A stretch of 63,654 bases of DNA, filler included, from Lenisia limosa (taxonomy: Eukaryota > Protista > Breviatea): NCBI GenBank assembly GCA_001655205.1. It is 7 parts of 7 records of this genome, joined end to end, with 100 filler letters (N's around TTAATTAATTAA, not from the genome) between each part and the next. Parts side by side here need not be neighbours in the genome. Positions count along the whole stretch, not along the records: positions 1 to 19,609 come from LPNZ01010137.1; 6 more parts are not named here. One strand, given 5' to 3'. This document shows positions 1-12,659 of this stretch, in pieces. Every line of letters begins with the position of its first letter. The stretch's first letter is position 1. The notes beneath the pieces were generated by a model. It was not told the origin of the DNA and ran no database searches. It saw only the letters and a list, made by a program, of their open reading frames with translations. Position numbers and translations under genes: made by a program.

Positions 1-3000
1 CAATTACCTCTACCAATCAGCAGACGGTTCTCATGTCTTTGGCATTGCATACGGCATGGCGTACCAAGGGCGTGGGGGGGGGGGCAATGCTTTTATAATC
101 GTAATAATGTGAACAGGTTTTTCTCTATTTTGTGTTCACATTGCAATATTGATATTGTAGAAAACGCAAACATCATTTGGGACACAGCCACGGTGGCGTC
201 AGCTGACAAGTGGACTGGCCAGTGGATCTGTAAACAAGCTACATGGTTTATTGCTGCTCGACACGACCTCCGCAGGGCCGAATACCCTGATACTGACAGC
301 CTCTTTCCGGTGCATGGTGACGTGTGGAGCAAGGCGTCTGAGTCGTCGTTTAACTTGAAGTGGGTGGGGCTATGATTGAAAGGTTCTTTGATTTTTATGA
401 GAGACCAAATTAATATAATAGTAAAGTATATGATATGATATTATATCTATATGCTCAAGGGCCAAAATTATGTCATTAATTATTTACGGTCGCCAAATCA
501 GCTATTCTCCTTCAAAACAGTGTTATATTTCTGAGATATTCACACTTTATTTGTTTTTGAAGGGAATCAAAGAAAAAAAAATTACCTATATAATTTTTCG
601 GTTTTTTTTTTTGCAAGNNNNNNNNNNNNNNNNNNNNNNNNNNNNNNNNNNNNNNNNNNNNNNNNNNNNNNNNNNNNNNNNNNNNNNNNNNNNNNNNNNN
701 NNNNNNNNNNNNNNNNNNNNNNNNNNNNNNNNNNNTTGCATTTTTCTCATATTATATGTTCTTTTTCACGAGTAAAATTGTTGTGAAGTTGACCGTATCA
801 TGAAAAAGAGAGTCACAGAAAATTGAATTAGCGACAATAATTCGAATTAACGACATAGTTTAGGACATATACAATTATGTAATAGCTATATCATATCGAT
901 AGGTAAGATATATGTACTATATATTATGATATATTTGAACCCTGCAGTTGGGCAGCCCAAAACTGTCCTGAAGACCTCGACACCATCGCGTATTTCTACA
1001 GAAACTCCATCTATGTTGACACGTTTGCGGGGGGGGGGGGGANNNNNNNNNNNNNNNNNNNNNNNNNNNNNNNNNNNNNNNNNNNNNNNNNNNNNNNNNN
1101 NNNNNNNNNNNNNNNNNNNNNNNNNNNNNNNNNNNNNNNNNNNNNNNNNNNNNNNNNNNNNNNGGTCTCAGAAAAGTAAAAACAATTCACAAACCGAAGC
1201 AAACAAAAGAAACATATGTATACTACATGTATATGGACAAGAAACATGTCAGATAGACAGATAGACAAGACACGGAAGAGCTAAGAAACCATAACTTTGA
1301 CAATCTCATTCAAGGATTTGGATACCCAAGTTCGGGACCAGTTTTCAGATGGGAGGGGAAGGCAGATGGAAGCGGTGTAGAGACGACCAATGCAGAGGCG
1401 TGACGCCCAGACAGATTTCTTGTTGCATTTGTATCGCTGAAGAAAATCAATACACTTCAACACAAAGAAGACAACTATCTACTATTTTTATTTTTATCTT
1501 TCGGTTGAAGGGCTTGTAGTGGAAGGCCCAGAAAGACAGTAAGAAAAACGATAAAGTGATTGATAAAAGTGATAAACCAGTGGCTTACCTAACAGAAAGG
1601 TTAAGGGCCCGTAGACAGTCCAGCAGGTGGAGTGGAGCCTTCGAATAAAGCCTCGACAACCTTGAGGATAGTAAAAAAGTAAAATAGATGCCAAATTTTA
1701 AACAAAGAAACATTACCCAGCGTACCAACAACTCCAACTCTGATGGCCCCTGATGCACTGTCCACTTGAAATCTCGTTGGCAGGGTTGAAGAGGACAGCT
1801 AATAATGAACATGAATTGGTAGCAGCAGTGCACGCCCTCACTTGGCAACGCGGCGTTGGATCGTCGACATCGACGGGAGACCGGGGTACATTTCGGTGAA
1901 AAGGCCGTAGTGCCATGTCCATGGGGGGAAACCAGAAGGAAACCCCATTTGCACTCCTCATTTGTTTGCAGTAGTTGCGAGGCCCCTTCCGTGAGTGCCG
2001 GAACTCCATGTTCAGCTTTCCTCGGGCTACAGCCTGCTACATTTGGAGAGCATCAGCGGACCAACACCCAACATCCACGACAGCAGCGGGATACTTATTA
2101 TTGTTATCAACAAGGAAAGACAACAGAAGACAGTTTCTAACAGCTACGAACGAGTAAGGGAAAAGAAAGGAGAAAAAAAAAAAAAAAAAAAANNNNNNNN
2201 NNNNNNNNNNNNNNNNNNNNNNNNNNNNNNNNNNNNNNNNNNNNNNNNNNNNNNNNNNTTTTTGAGACTGAAGGACCATTCTCGGGTATGTGGCTAGGTA
2301 TGGCTGTCTTTTTGAGATGCGCACCCACAGAGTAGTTGATACTCTTTTCAGATTTCAAACTGTTTTTAGTCTTGGGGAGTTTCAATTCACTTCGCCTTTG
2401 ACCCATTTGTAGGAAGTACGACTTGTTGTTCCCAATGGCTAATGCGAATGCCCCAATTTCCGGCCTGGCAGCCTCAATGCAGGTTCTTCTCGAGCCTTAC
2501 CCAGGTGGGATCAATGGATTCACTTTGGGCACTATGGGATTTATCAACATATGAAAGCTTCATTTTTAAAGACTTATATCAAAGAATTCTGATTTTCTGA
2601 ATTTTCTTGTTTGAAATTCATTCATTCAAAATCTATCATAAAAAATTACAGAACTGCTTCTCACCATCCCATATTCCTCGCCGTAAAGCATGCTTTTCAC
2701 CTCTCCAGACTATCCGACTTTTGAGAACGGTCCGCTTGGATTAACAACGGTATTCACTTCAGCTGACGACGCTGAGCGGGCGGCTTTAAAGTTAAACGGT
2801 TGGGACTGTTTCAAAAGAAAGTACTATATGATATGTGATGTGATATTGCATATCGATATAGTCATAAAGTAATAATTTTTCTATTGTAATACACTATACA
2901 GTAGTCTGCAACTTGGGAAAAATGTTGTCAAAACATGCACACCAATTACCAATTTTATCTGACACAATGAACACTAACACTCTCTCCACAGTAAAACAGC

Positions 3001-6000
3001 ATTTTTCATATCCATTAGGAAAATGATTTCCACAATAATACCAACTGGTGATGGTTTTTTCGTCTCACCCCCATCAGGAGCCGGCGCGCCCGTTGAGAAC
3101 TTTTCAGTAATGTGGCGTGCCAAAGGTGACGCGCGTGGCGTGGATGGCGCAACCACAGCCAAAATGCACATGCTGTCTTCGTACTCCAGCTACGGCTCTC
3201 AGGTGGGGGCGTTTCATTTCAAAGAGACACAGAATGTATCTTTGTGGTGCTGAAGCGAGTGGTTTAATATTCAATGGTCCACAAGCAATATTGTGGTTCT
3301 TGAGACGGTAGTTAAATTAGACGAGTATTAAATGCTTTTGATATGGTATGCATTTGTGTTTGTACAGGCAAACACTGTGATATGATATAAATAAGCTGAG
3401 AAACACCTTATATTTTATTTGATAATATGATAGTGAGTATTTGTTTATGCAAGATTCCATGTGTTTTATTTTCATAACCAACGTAGGTTTTCTCTCGCTT
3501 CACAGGGTCGGACTATATTCAGGTTTGCATATATTATACATAGTATATATATATATTACTATAAGTGGCAGTGATTAGACTGACACTATAGACATGTGCA
3601 CAGAACTACACTACTTACTTAGGGTGTTGCTCAATTCAAGGAACTTCGTATGGTTTCATGGAACAGTTATATTATACCTCAGCTTTTCAGAGTTGTAAGA
3701 CAATGATTGGATGAATTATATCTATACTACAACGAACATCTTGTATCAGGGTGATGGTATGGATAGCTTTGACCAAACTTTATCTTGTTGTCTCATCACA
3801 CACCATTAACAGCTTCAGATGGGGAGGCAAAGACGAATGGCACCATATGGCGATTGTATTGGATTCTGACGCCGGCCGCCTCAGATGCTACCTCAATGGA
3901 ATCGTGGGCTTTGACTTGGGGTGATCCATCTTTTGTTTGACGCATTCCTTTATTTGACGGTTTTGGTCAATTCCCATTACCTTGGCAGTATATTTCCGAC
4001 GGAAATGTTGGTGTTGGAGCGACGGTCCCGGACCAAAGTCTTGTTATCGGTTCTGGATTCACGGGACAGCTTTCTGACTACAAGTATGTCAGTAGTCTTT
4101 TTTGATAGCACTGCGTTTGGTTGTAGATCTAACGTACTATCAGGGTGTTCAATGAGGTCCTCTCGTCCGAGTCAATCAAAGCTATTTATGACGCTGAACC
4201 GTCCATTCCAGAACCTGTTGGGGAGGGGGCTTGTATGTATTAAATTCAGTTGGACAAGGGAGATATTAACTTGCTTGTATGGTTCATCAATATACTTGGT
4301 TTTATGGACCTCTTTTGTTTTATTTCCTCGGCTGTCCTTAAAAAAAACATCTCATACTCCGTAGGAACCAGTAGTGATGAAGAGCACTCTCCCCGCAGCG
4401 GTGCTGTCTGCAGCCTCAACGTGGGGGGCATGGTATAGTATGTTGTTTACAGGGTGATTTTGTCTTTTCATGTAGTGGTGTTCATTATGGCAAAGGACAA
4501 GGAGTTATAGCAAGATTGTGACTGTCTCATTGCCGCAGAATCAAGGCGTGTGTCACAAGCTTTACAGGAGACTTTGATGCAAGTGGCAATTTGATTCCTG
4601 GTGGGGGGAGGGGTGGATTTTAGTGACACAACTGGGACAGTCACAGACCACATATCGCTCCGCCCTGAGAATATTAAAGTAGATATCATATCATATTTTT
4701 GGGTACTTACTTTTTTAGAAATTAATTGTGATGCGAGTGTCACGGTTTCGTCACCTTGTAGCGTATCAGCTAATACCAAGGGCCTCAAATTTGAGGGACT
4801 GAAGAAGTGGGGGTTAGGTAATTTAATCTTGTACTATGTAGACACCAGCGTAATTGCATTTAGCTGTACTTATGATGGTCTTGTTGCATCCCTCTCAGTG
4901 AGCAAATCAGCACCCAAGGTCGTCTCATGGTAAGATGTGATACTATATCATATGTATGATATCTGACAACAACTCTTCTTCTGTTTGGTGTAATCGATTT
5001 CCTTATAATAGTGGTAGTTCCAAAAGTACAAACATCGCTATTTCAGACATACAGGTGTCTGCTGAAGATGATAATACAATGTATTCTCACGAGCAAGGTT
5101 GATTGATGGACACGATTTCCCCCTCTACCAAGCCCCTCTTGGTGCCACCTTATTTGGCATTGGATTGGAGGTTGGTAACATGCTTTTGAGCCTTGTGGTT
5201 TGAAATGATGCCACGTAGGACTATTTTAATATTCTTCCTGTTTTTTTTTAACCGTGGTTTTGAATTTCCTCTCCTCCTCCGCCTCAATCAAGTTGATTCA
5301 TGGCTTCATTCGCATTTCATTCGCCAGCATCCTTCAGAGTTTATGGGTGCTCCCCGCTGGGTGTTCCCCGCATCAGGATCTACTTACTTCAAGTTGGTGA
5401 GGAGTGTAACATTACTGCAATGTATATGTACATATCATAGTATATTATATTTGTCTCCACAATACATTCGTCTTTTAACTCCCGTCGCAGGACTGGGTGG
5501 GACTATCCCGAAGCTCTACACTTGACTTTCCTTTCCGCCCCCTTCTACGTCGGTAAGCTAAGCCGGCAGCGATGGTTCAGTTCATTTCTGAATTTGCGTA
5601 ATACAAAACACGCATTCTTGTCACTTCAATTCACTCTGATAAAGTGAAAGGGCTTCACTCTCTGTAGCCAACCATCAGCACCTGGACCAGAACAGTTTCC
5701 AGCTCCACTACAAGGAGCCACTTTTCCTCGATAGTGGTGGGGGGTTTGGCGTGCTGATGTGTTTGATATTTTAAGAACTGGTTTCAATGAAGTATGTGCT
5801 GACATTGTCAGGAAGCTACAACCCCACGAACTATGGCAGTGACCATTGGCACAACTACTACCGCCGAAGTGTTGCACACAACACCATCGTTGTGCGCAAC
5901 GGACAAGATGACGTGGGGGGGGGGATTTCCACTTTAATGGGGCTCGTCTTGATATTGAAGTTAATTTATTCTAATATATTGGGGTACCAGATTTGGTTTA

Positions 6001-9000
6001 ATACTACAGGTGCTGAGGACAACTCAGGACGGGGGACAACGAGACTGTTTCTCCAAAACCCTGGAGGATATCAAACCAGGAGGTTTGCTTTTTTGGAATC
6101 TTTTTAAAAAATAAAAAAATTCGGTACCTGTACTTGACTTTGTTGACAAACCAGGAGACTGTATTCTTGAGGGACTGGTCCAGACATTTATTGGGTATGA
6201 CTTCAGCCATTCAAGAGGCGAAGCCGGCATGTGAGTGGAAATGGGTTGCACAGGGGTTTCTTCCTTGAGATAATTGATATGATATGTTCTGTCATATTTC
6301 TAATGCTGAGAGGCAGCCATTCAGTGATTCTGAATCTAGTTCGTGGATCTCTGGGATTACCATTTCAAATATCTGCATTAGCAGCTCCGTGACTTTCTAG
6401 GGCATACAAGCCTGAAGTTTTGCGAAGATTCGGGAGAGACGTGGTGCTGTTCCATAAAGATGGTTGGTCATTGCTGTCTGCTATCATAAAGATGGTTGGT
6501 CATTGCTGTCTGCTATCATAAAGATGGTTGGTCATTGCTGTCTGCTAAAGATGGTTGGTCATTGCTGTCTGCTAAAGATGGTTGGTCATTGCTTCTGGGG
6601 GTCATAGGGAGTCTTATTTACATGATGCATCTCACCCACTCCAGGATTATTATTCACTCCTCACGCAGACGAATTCAGCGCCACCAAGCCAGGCCTGGTC
6701 CTTCTCTACGACTCCGTCACCGCCAACGCCACCGACTCGCCGATTCAACTCCTGCACACCAACTTCCAACCAATAAAGGTCAGACTTTGAGGGGGGGGGG
6801 TGCTCGGAATATGGAAATCTCTCACTGCGTGTCATATTTATTGTTTCAAAATTGCACAATATGAGTTGTTATTTTATATGTCCCTACAATATGAGTTCTG
6901 TACCATGTGCATCTGATATTCTATTAGCAAATCAGAATTAGCTGTATCTATATTAAAATATTACAGATAATAGAAATTTGGAAACCAGTTCTCACCCCTG
7001 AAGGTTGATGACGCACACTATACCTTCACTACAACTCAGGTAGGGGGGTCACATCTCCATCTGTACACGCACACATTCAATGCTTGAAAGGGGCAGGATT
7101 TGACAGTCCAGAGCAAGGTGAACATTCGACATTGGGCTGCCGGCGGGACGACCCTGTCCTCCATTGTGGAGTCAAGACGGTTCTGGAGTGACGGCACGGA
7201 CTGGAATTACTCCGATCCTGGAGGAGGAGAGATAGCGGAAGCAGGTAACGTAGGCTGGGCACCATATCATTCACCGATATTATGAAACTGTTGGATAGGC
7301 GTTGTTATTAAATAGAACGGAAGGATTGTTTTTACTGGCAAAAGATCCTTCAATTCTGAAGAAATGCAGTTTACCATATCGCCTGCATATTTTCTGGACT
7401 CACAATTGCAGTATCGGCTTGAGACGACCTTCTCCTCCGACTCGACTGTCACTTCCGCTCTTACTGCCATCACTGTACTTCCGGATGCTGCGGCGGACGA
7501 CTGGGAGGTGGGATCTTTGTTTTGATATCAGACTAAGTGTTATTCTGTGGCTTCGCATTTGACTGGACAGATTGCAGCTTTGGAGTGTTCATCGACAAAT
7601 ATATATTCTGCTAAAGTTTCCTACAAAACTGGTGGGTACGTCTCCATTGTAACTTGAATATGGGGTTTTTTTGAACTGTCAAGATAGAACAAGAGTAATA
7701 CCGGTTCAAAAGAATGAAAGTTTTTTATTCTTTTCTTTCTAGCCTAACCTGATTTAGACTTGCCATATTTGGTAGTTTTCAACAGCCACCGCCACAACGA
7801 AACTGTCACAGAGTCTATATTAATCGCAACTGGGTAAGTCTTGTTCATGCTCTTAATAATACCGAATCACACCAGTAATTATTTTTACTATTCCTGCAGA
7901 GGAATGAACAGCTCTTTTAAAAATGATGAAAGTGATCCAGCCAGCTGTTGCTATTTCTTTCTCGAAGCTCACCTTTCAGATCAATGAAAACGTTCAATCT
8001 GGCTCTTTTCGGTTTCGGTTTGTGGGTTTTCTGATTTGAAACGCTGAAGTATCTGGTCCTGTGTCCTTTCATTGAACCACCTCTTCTACTCGCCCCAAAG
8101 GGTTATGAACTTGTGCCTGAATAAATGATTTTAGGTCAAAACACTAGAAACAATATAAGCAATGAGAAATAAAAAAATAAGGTAGTATCTGACCGAAGCC
8201 TTCCACACCATCACGCTTATAGGATTATGGTATAATGTTAATTCACCCAATCGTTTGCCTGACAACTCTGTTTACACAGCTTTCTGCGTTCCTCCCCAGC
8301 ATACAAAAACAGAGAGCGAAGATATATCATACAAGACACTATTTTGATGTGATATATTTTTTTTAGGAAATGAACAACACAACTTGTGGAATTTATTCGA
8401 CTGGTGTTCCAGTTTTGACTGTTTAGAGTCTTCTGTTTCGATCTGCCACCCTAATGAGTCGGGGACCCTGACTGTCAAAATGGGCTTTGAGGATGACAGT
8501 GGGCTGGAGGATGCGTTTATGTTGAACATACAAGTATCTTTTATTAAAATGGATATTTGCGGCAGAGGGGAGGTCCAATCAAGTCTTTCTAATGGCCGAG
8601 TTAATATTGTGTTTTCAGTATCAGTGTACGTATAATTAATTCAGCTTTCCCATGCAAGTCATTTTCTTCTGAAGATGCAGTTTCTACTGTTATTCCATGT
8701 AAGAGGGATTTCTTTCTCACAGTTCAAGAGAATCACATCCACAAAAAAACATGAATAAAATGGTTCATTTTTCTGCTTTTTTCGGGGAACATAGTGTAAT
8801 GGGGGTCTACATGATGATGGGTTGTACCAAGGGTATAGTCGCAATTTCCGCGAAAATTATCGATATTTGGGGAAAATATTGCATCGGAAATGAAATAGAG
8901 GGTTCAGCTTTCGGTTATGGTCGGTCATACTCTGGGGGTCATCGCGCATCCCGTCTGCTCTGCGAACGCAAGCCCCAGAAGGCCTTGGTAGTACTGACGT

Positions 9001-9388
9001 CGGAGACGAGTCGGGAAGGCAGGGTACTGTAGTTTTGTTTTCGTTTCTTTTTTATGCAATTTCTTTTTGCCCTTCCCTTCCTCCCTTCCTGACCCCTTCA
9101 GCTAATATTCATTCATGGTACGACTTCGGGGAATCGGAGTCTTCTGTCGACAAGACGAATGCGGATGATGAGTCGTTTTCGCCTGTCTACGGTTCGGAAT
9201 ATGTCTTCATTTATCCTGCACTGTGACATATGACTGACTCATTTCATACTGTTTTGTCAGCTTCACCTCTATCAAGGTATCCTATCACTTTGACCCTCGC
9301 AGTAGTAGTTCCTGTTCTGGCTGTTGGTGCACTTGCAGGTGCCGGGATGTTCTTCATGAGAAAGAGCAAAAAGTCCGGAGCAATGTAG
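1..9388 (+). CDS. Multi-exon heparinase II/III-like polysaccharide lyase (PL21/HepII-like) with internal LamG domain and C-terminal TM anchor; 5' end lies outside the window
   Basis: Spliced exons give ...RRAEYPDTDSLFPVHGDV (~260-330); TGWDYPEALHLTF (~5492); NHQHLDQNSFQLHYKEPLFLDSG-SY...YGSDHWHNYYRRSVAHNTIVV (5668-5912); AYKPEVLRRFGRDVVLF; PGLVLLYDSV...LLHTNFQP; FWSDGTDWN. These are colinear with Pedobacter HepII motifs as I recall them (RRPDG..GGDV, RTGW, NHQHQD, RTIAHN). The last exon reads ITLTLAVVVPVLAVGALAGAGMFFMRKSKKSGAM* with TAG at 9386-9388. Whether all exons form one gene is unproven. Confidence 0.75.
3813..4220 (+). CDS. LamG / concanavalin A-like lectin domain exons within the lyase locus
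   Basis: WHHMAIVLDSDAGRLRCYLNG ... LVIGSGFTGQLSDY ... IRVFNEVLSSESIKAIY matches the LamG-3 pattern WHHVAV..DG..LYVNG / F.G.IDEVRIYNRALS. Confidence 0.8.
6453..6593 (+). repeat. 27/32-bp tandem repeat x5 that duplicates an exon end and 5' splice site
   Basis: Unit AAAGATG|GTTGGTCATTGCTGTCTGCT(ATCAT) is visible five times. Confidence 0.95.
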
Positions 9389-9799
9389 GGGGGGTGGAGT
9401 TGAATTGTATCTTCTCTTCAAAACGAGAGACTCCTCTTGTGGTGAAGATTAGATTGATACAAATCTGTACACACAAAGCTCCCGAATTAGCTTCTTACTT
9501 CTCATAGGAAGTCACAGGAAATGGCCAATCGGTTTTAGTTCTAATATTATTGTTTTTTTTGTTTTGTTTGGGGGTGAGTCGGGGTATTAGTTGTATTTCT
9601 TTTGAACTGGGAGTATTATTGATTTAGTTTTCTATTGCTACTCATTTACCTCACTTTAAAAAGGTTGAATCCTCTATGAAAGATAATACATTTGGAACAC
9701 AATCCAAAGGACAAACATACTGCTATACATGAAAGAAGATAGCTACCTGACTGTCTCTCACATCTTGCTTTTTCAGCGCATCTTTAGAATGAGGCGCTC

Positions 9800-12170
9800 T
9801 TATATTCTGTGGAAAGAGTCCACCATAATCTTGAGGTGCCGCAGCACGTCTGAGGCAGAAAGGGACACTGGGTGTTCGTGTGCCGCCATGTATGAGGAAT
9901 ATCTGGGAGGTCTGTCAAAGGAAACTAAACTGTCCTGATTATTTGAGCTATTGGTGAAACTGTTCTGAAAACAAGCAAAAATATCATAATTATTAGGCCT
10001 CCGTGCAATATTGAAAAATATTTCCTAATTTGAAGTGGGCCGTATTGTAATGGGAATGCCATTTCAGACACTAAATATTTTGTTGAAAGAATTATTTCAT
10101 ATAAAATATGTGGCATGAAAGGGATTTTTAACAACTGCCATGTCCATTACCTTAGTAACGAGGGGCCCAATGTGCAAACGTCGTGAGTGGACTGTCCGTG
10201 ACCACTCCCTGCCATAACACCAACAAGGAGGTCGCCTGATAGTAAAAGATATATCTAAGCACATCCTCATTTGGGGAATTATTTCAATTTGTCTTTCTGT
10301 CATCTTAGTATGCCATTACTGAACAACTTGAAAAGAACAGACACTCCTATTTTCCACTTCACAGCCACTCCTATGTTCCAGATGCGACAAGACAGCCCCT
10401 ACCTAATCCGGAGCAACGTTTTCGTGTTCCTGGGATGCTAAGCTTCAAATTCTACATCAGTAAGAGGGGTAAGGGCGAAGCCTTTGTCCTAGTTTTAGCT
10501 ACTGGAAAGAAACTGCAAAATAAGCTGAAATCTTCGCATCAACCACTAACTATAAGATCCCGGCCGGGAAGTGAGACTTCATCCACGTTGCCCTTGGCCA
10601 CTACGCAGCAGCCAAAATGCTAGGTTTGGTAAGATCCATCAATGGAATGTCATCATAAATACTGAAATTCCCAACAGTATAGTGGGAGCATCATCACAAC
10701 ACTTATGCACATTACGCACCCTTGCAACAGCCTCGGTCTCTTGCACCAAGTTGGGGAACCGCTTGAAAACACCTGATTAGTGTTAGTGAGGATATCAGAT
10801 CATATTTATCAACCAAGACTCCAATCAGTTCTCTCTTTGATCTGATCCAAACTGAGGGAAAACAAATAAACAGGTCAATGATTTCAGCTGAAATTCAGTT
10901 CTTGAGTTCTTACCAAGCATTTCACCTCGATTTGGTGTCATAATCACTTTCTCATGCAGGCTTTTATGGGACTGAACTCTGAAGGCTGGTGAAACCCTCA
11001 AAACAATAGGACAGCGAGCAAATATCCAAATATATACTGAGCTTGTGAGCAAGACAGCTCAGACTTTCAAACCTGACGTAATCTGCGTCAAATATGACGG
11101 GTATGTTATGTTTGAGAAGTACCTCCGTGGCCTCATGAACCTCCTATACAATTAGACTTCTCCATATTACTTTATATATCTAGATTTTTTCCTTGCCCAA
11201 GTCACCTTCAACACTTCGTCGGACATCATGCCAAGGCCAGGGCCCACAATAGCAAATGTGGCTCTTGGTACAAAGGGCTGTGAACTACGCATCGTTTGTT
11301 GGGGTACATATTCACCCAGGAAATTCCCCGAAAGTTGTTGATAAAAGCTGCTTTTTTAACACCACTAAACCAACTGGAATGAGGTGAGAGGCAAAACACA
11401 GAGGTCTGGCGAAAGGGCCTTGAGGGAAGACAATGCCAGGGTAGATGGGGTGAAAACATGGCAAATCTCCGCGCCTAAAGATTGCTTGATGCTGTGGCAG
11501 GGAAAGTAGCAGTACGACAACTCTTTTAAGAAGACATTTTTTAAGAAAGACAAAATCTCAATATTTGGCGACTATCCAGACTTCTTCAATTTCCCAACTA
11601 CCTGAAATGAGAGCAGCTGTACCAGCAAAGTACGGGGCCCCTAAGAAAAATGAACAGGCAATAATAAAACACTTGACGAAAAGTTTCAGTAACTTGTAAT
11701 AACAGTTCGATTAAAATAGCCTACCAGTGAAGCTGTCCGAACCTCCAATGATCACCACGCGGCCTAATAAATCAGATTCGCATTGAGAGATACCAAAGAG
11801 TGACGTTAAACCCGTCTAAGCAGCCTATAGCCCTTACCTCCAGCTCCTTTTCGAGAGGACACTTCCTTCTTTTTCATCAAAAAAGCCACAGCGTTTTGAT
11901 CATGATGTGTTAAGACACTGGTGGACAGGAGCTTGAAGAGTTCTGCGTGTCAGATGTATACACAACAAGGGGGAAGGTCTATGATAGATTGATATGATGC
12001 TGATATCAACCCATAACCCGGACTCGGCCAGACTTCACCCACGCTGAATTCCAGTTGTTGCCAGTTTCTCTTGTGTCTGTTCCCCTAGCAATTTCAGAGA
12101 CGCCGTCCTAAAGAGTACCGAGTCATTGGGAATGGTGTTTGGTTTCCTTCAGCCGACAAGATACGGGGGA
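9800..12170 (-). CDS. NAXD: ATP-dependent NAD(P)H-hydrate dehydratase (CARKD/YjeF-C), multi-exon; start uncertain
   Basis: Exons give GRVVIIGGSDSFTG-GAPYFAGTAAL, GAEICHVF...KALSPDLCVLP, IVGPGLG, IPVIFDAD, VIMTPNRGEM, CVVAKG, RKRCSGLG-GDLLVG, and a last exon ending VDSFHRI* (stop 9800-9802). Confidence 0.9.
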
Positions 12171-12659
12171 GGGATAAGCGAAATGGGGGAAGAACTGTCC
12201 TAGATGACAAAATCTCTAAAATTTAGCATATAAAGGGGAGGAGAAGAAGGAAGCAGCTACACCAAGGCCGAAACACAGCTAATTCTACTACTATTGGTTA
12301 ACCAAGCTCTACCAACTCAAAAGTATCTAATAATATGATTTAAAAGATGTTTAAGAAACAGCTTGTCCCAAAAGCTTACCAATTAGACATTGTTAACCTA
12401 TTCTGAATACTGCTCCTCTTGAAACTGGCACTTGCCTGACAATTCAAATACAATACAATCAGAAATACCAGTTGACGTTTAACAATACCGTTTTTATTGT
12501 TTTTTGGAAGGTTTTTTGTTTTCTGGGCTTTTTTTTTTTCCTAGGTTTTTTTTAAAAATTGTTGAGGTTTCCATTTCACATTGACATTTACATGTAATAA
12601 ATACTGATATTAAATATATAATATATATAATAGCAAAACTGAAGACAACTCATCTTTGT

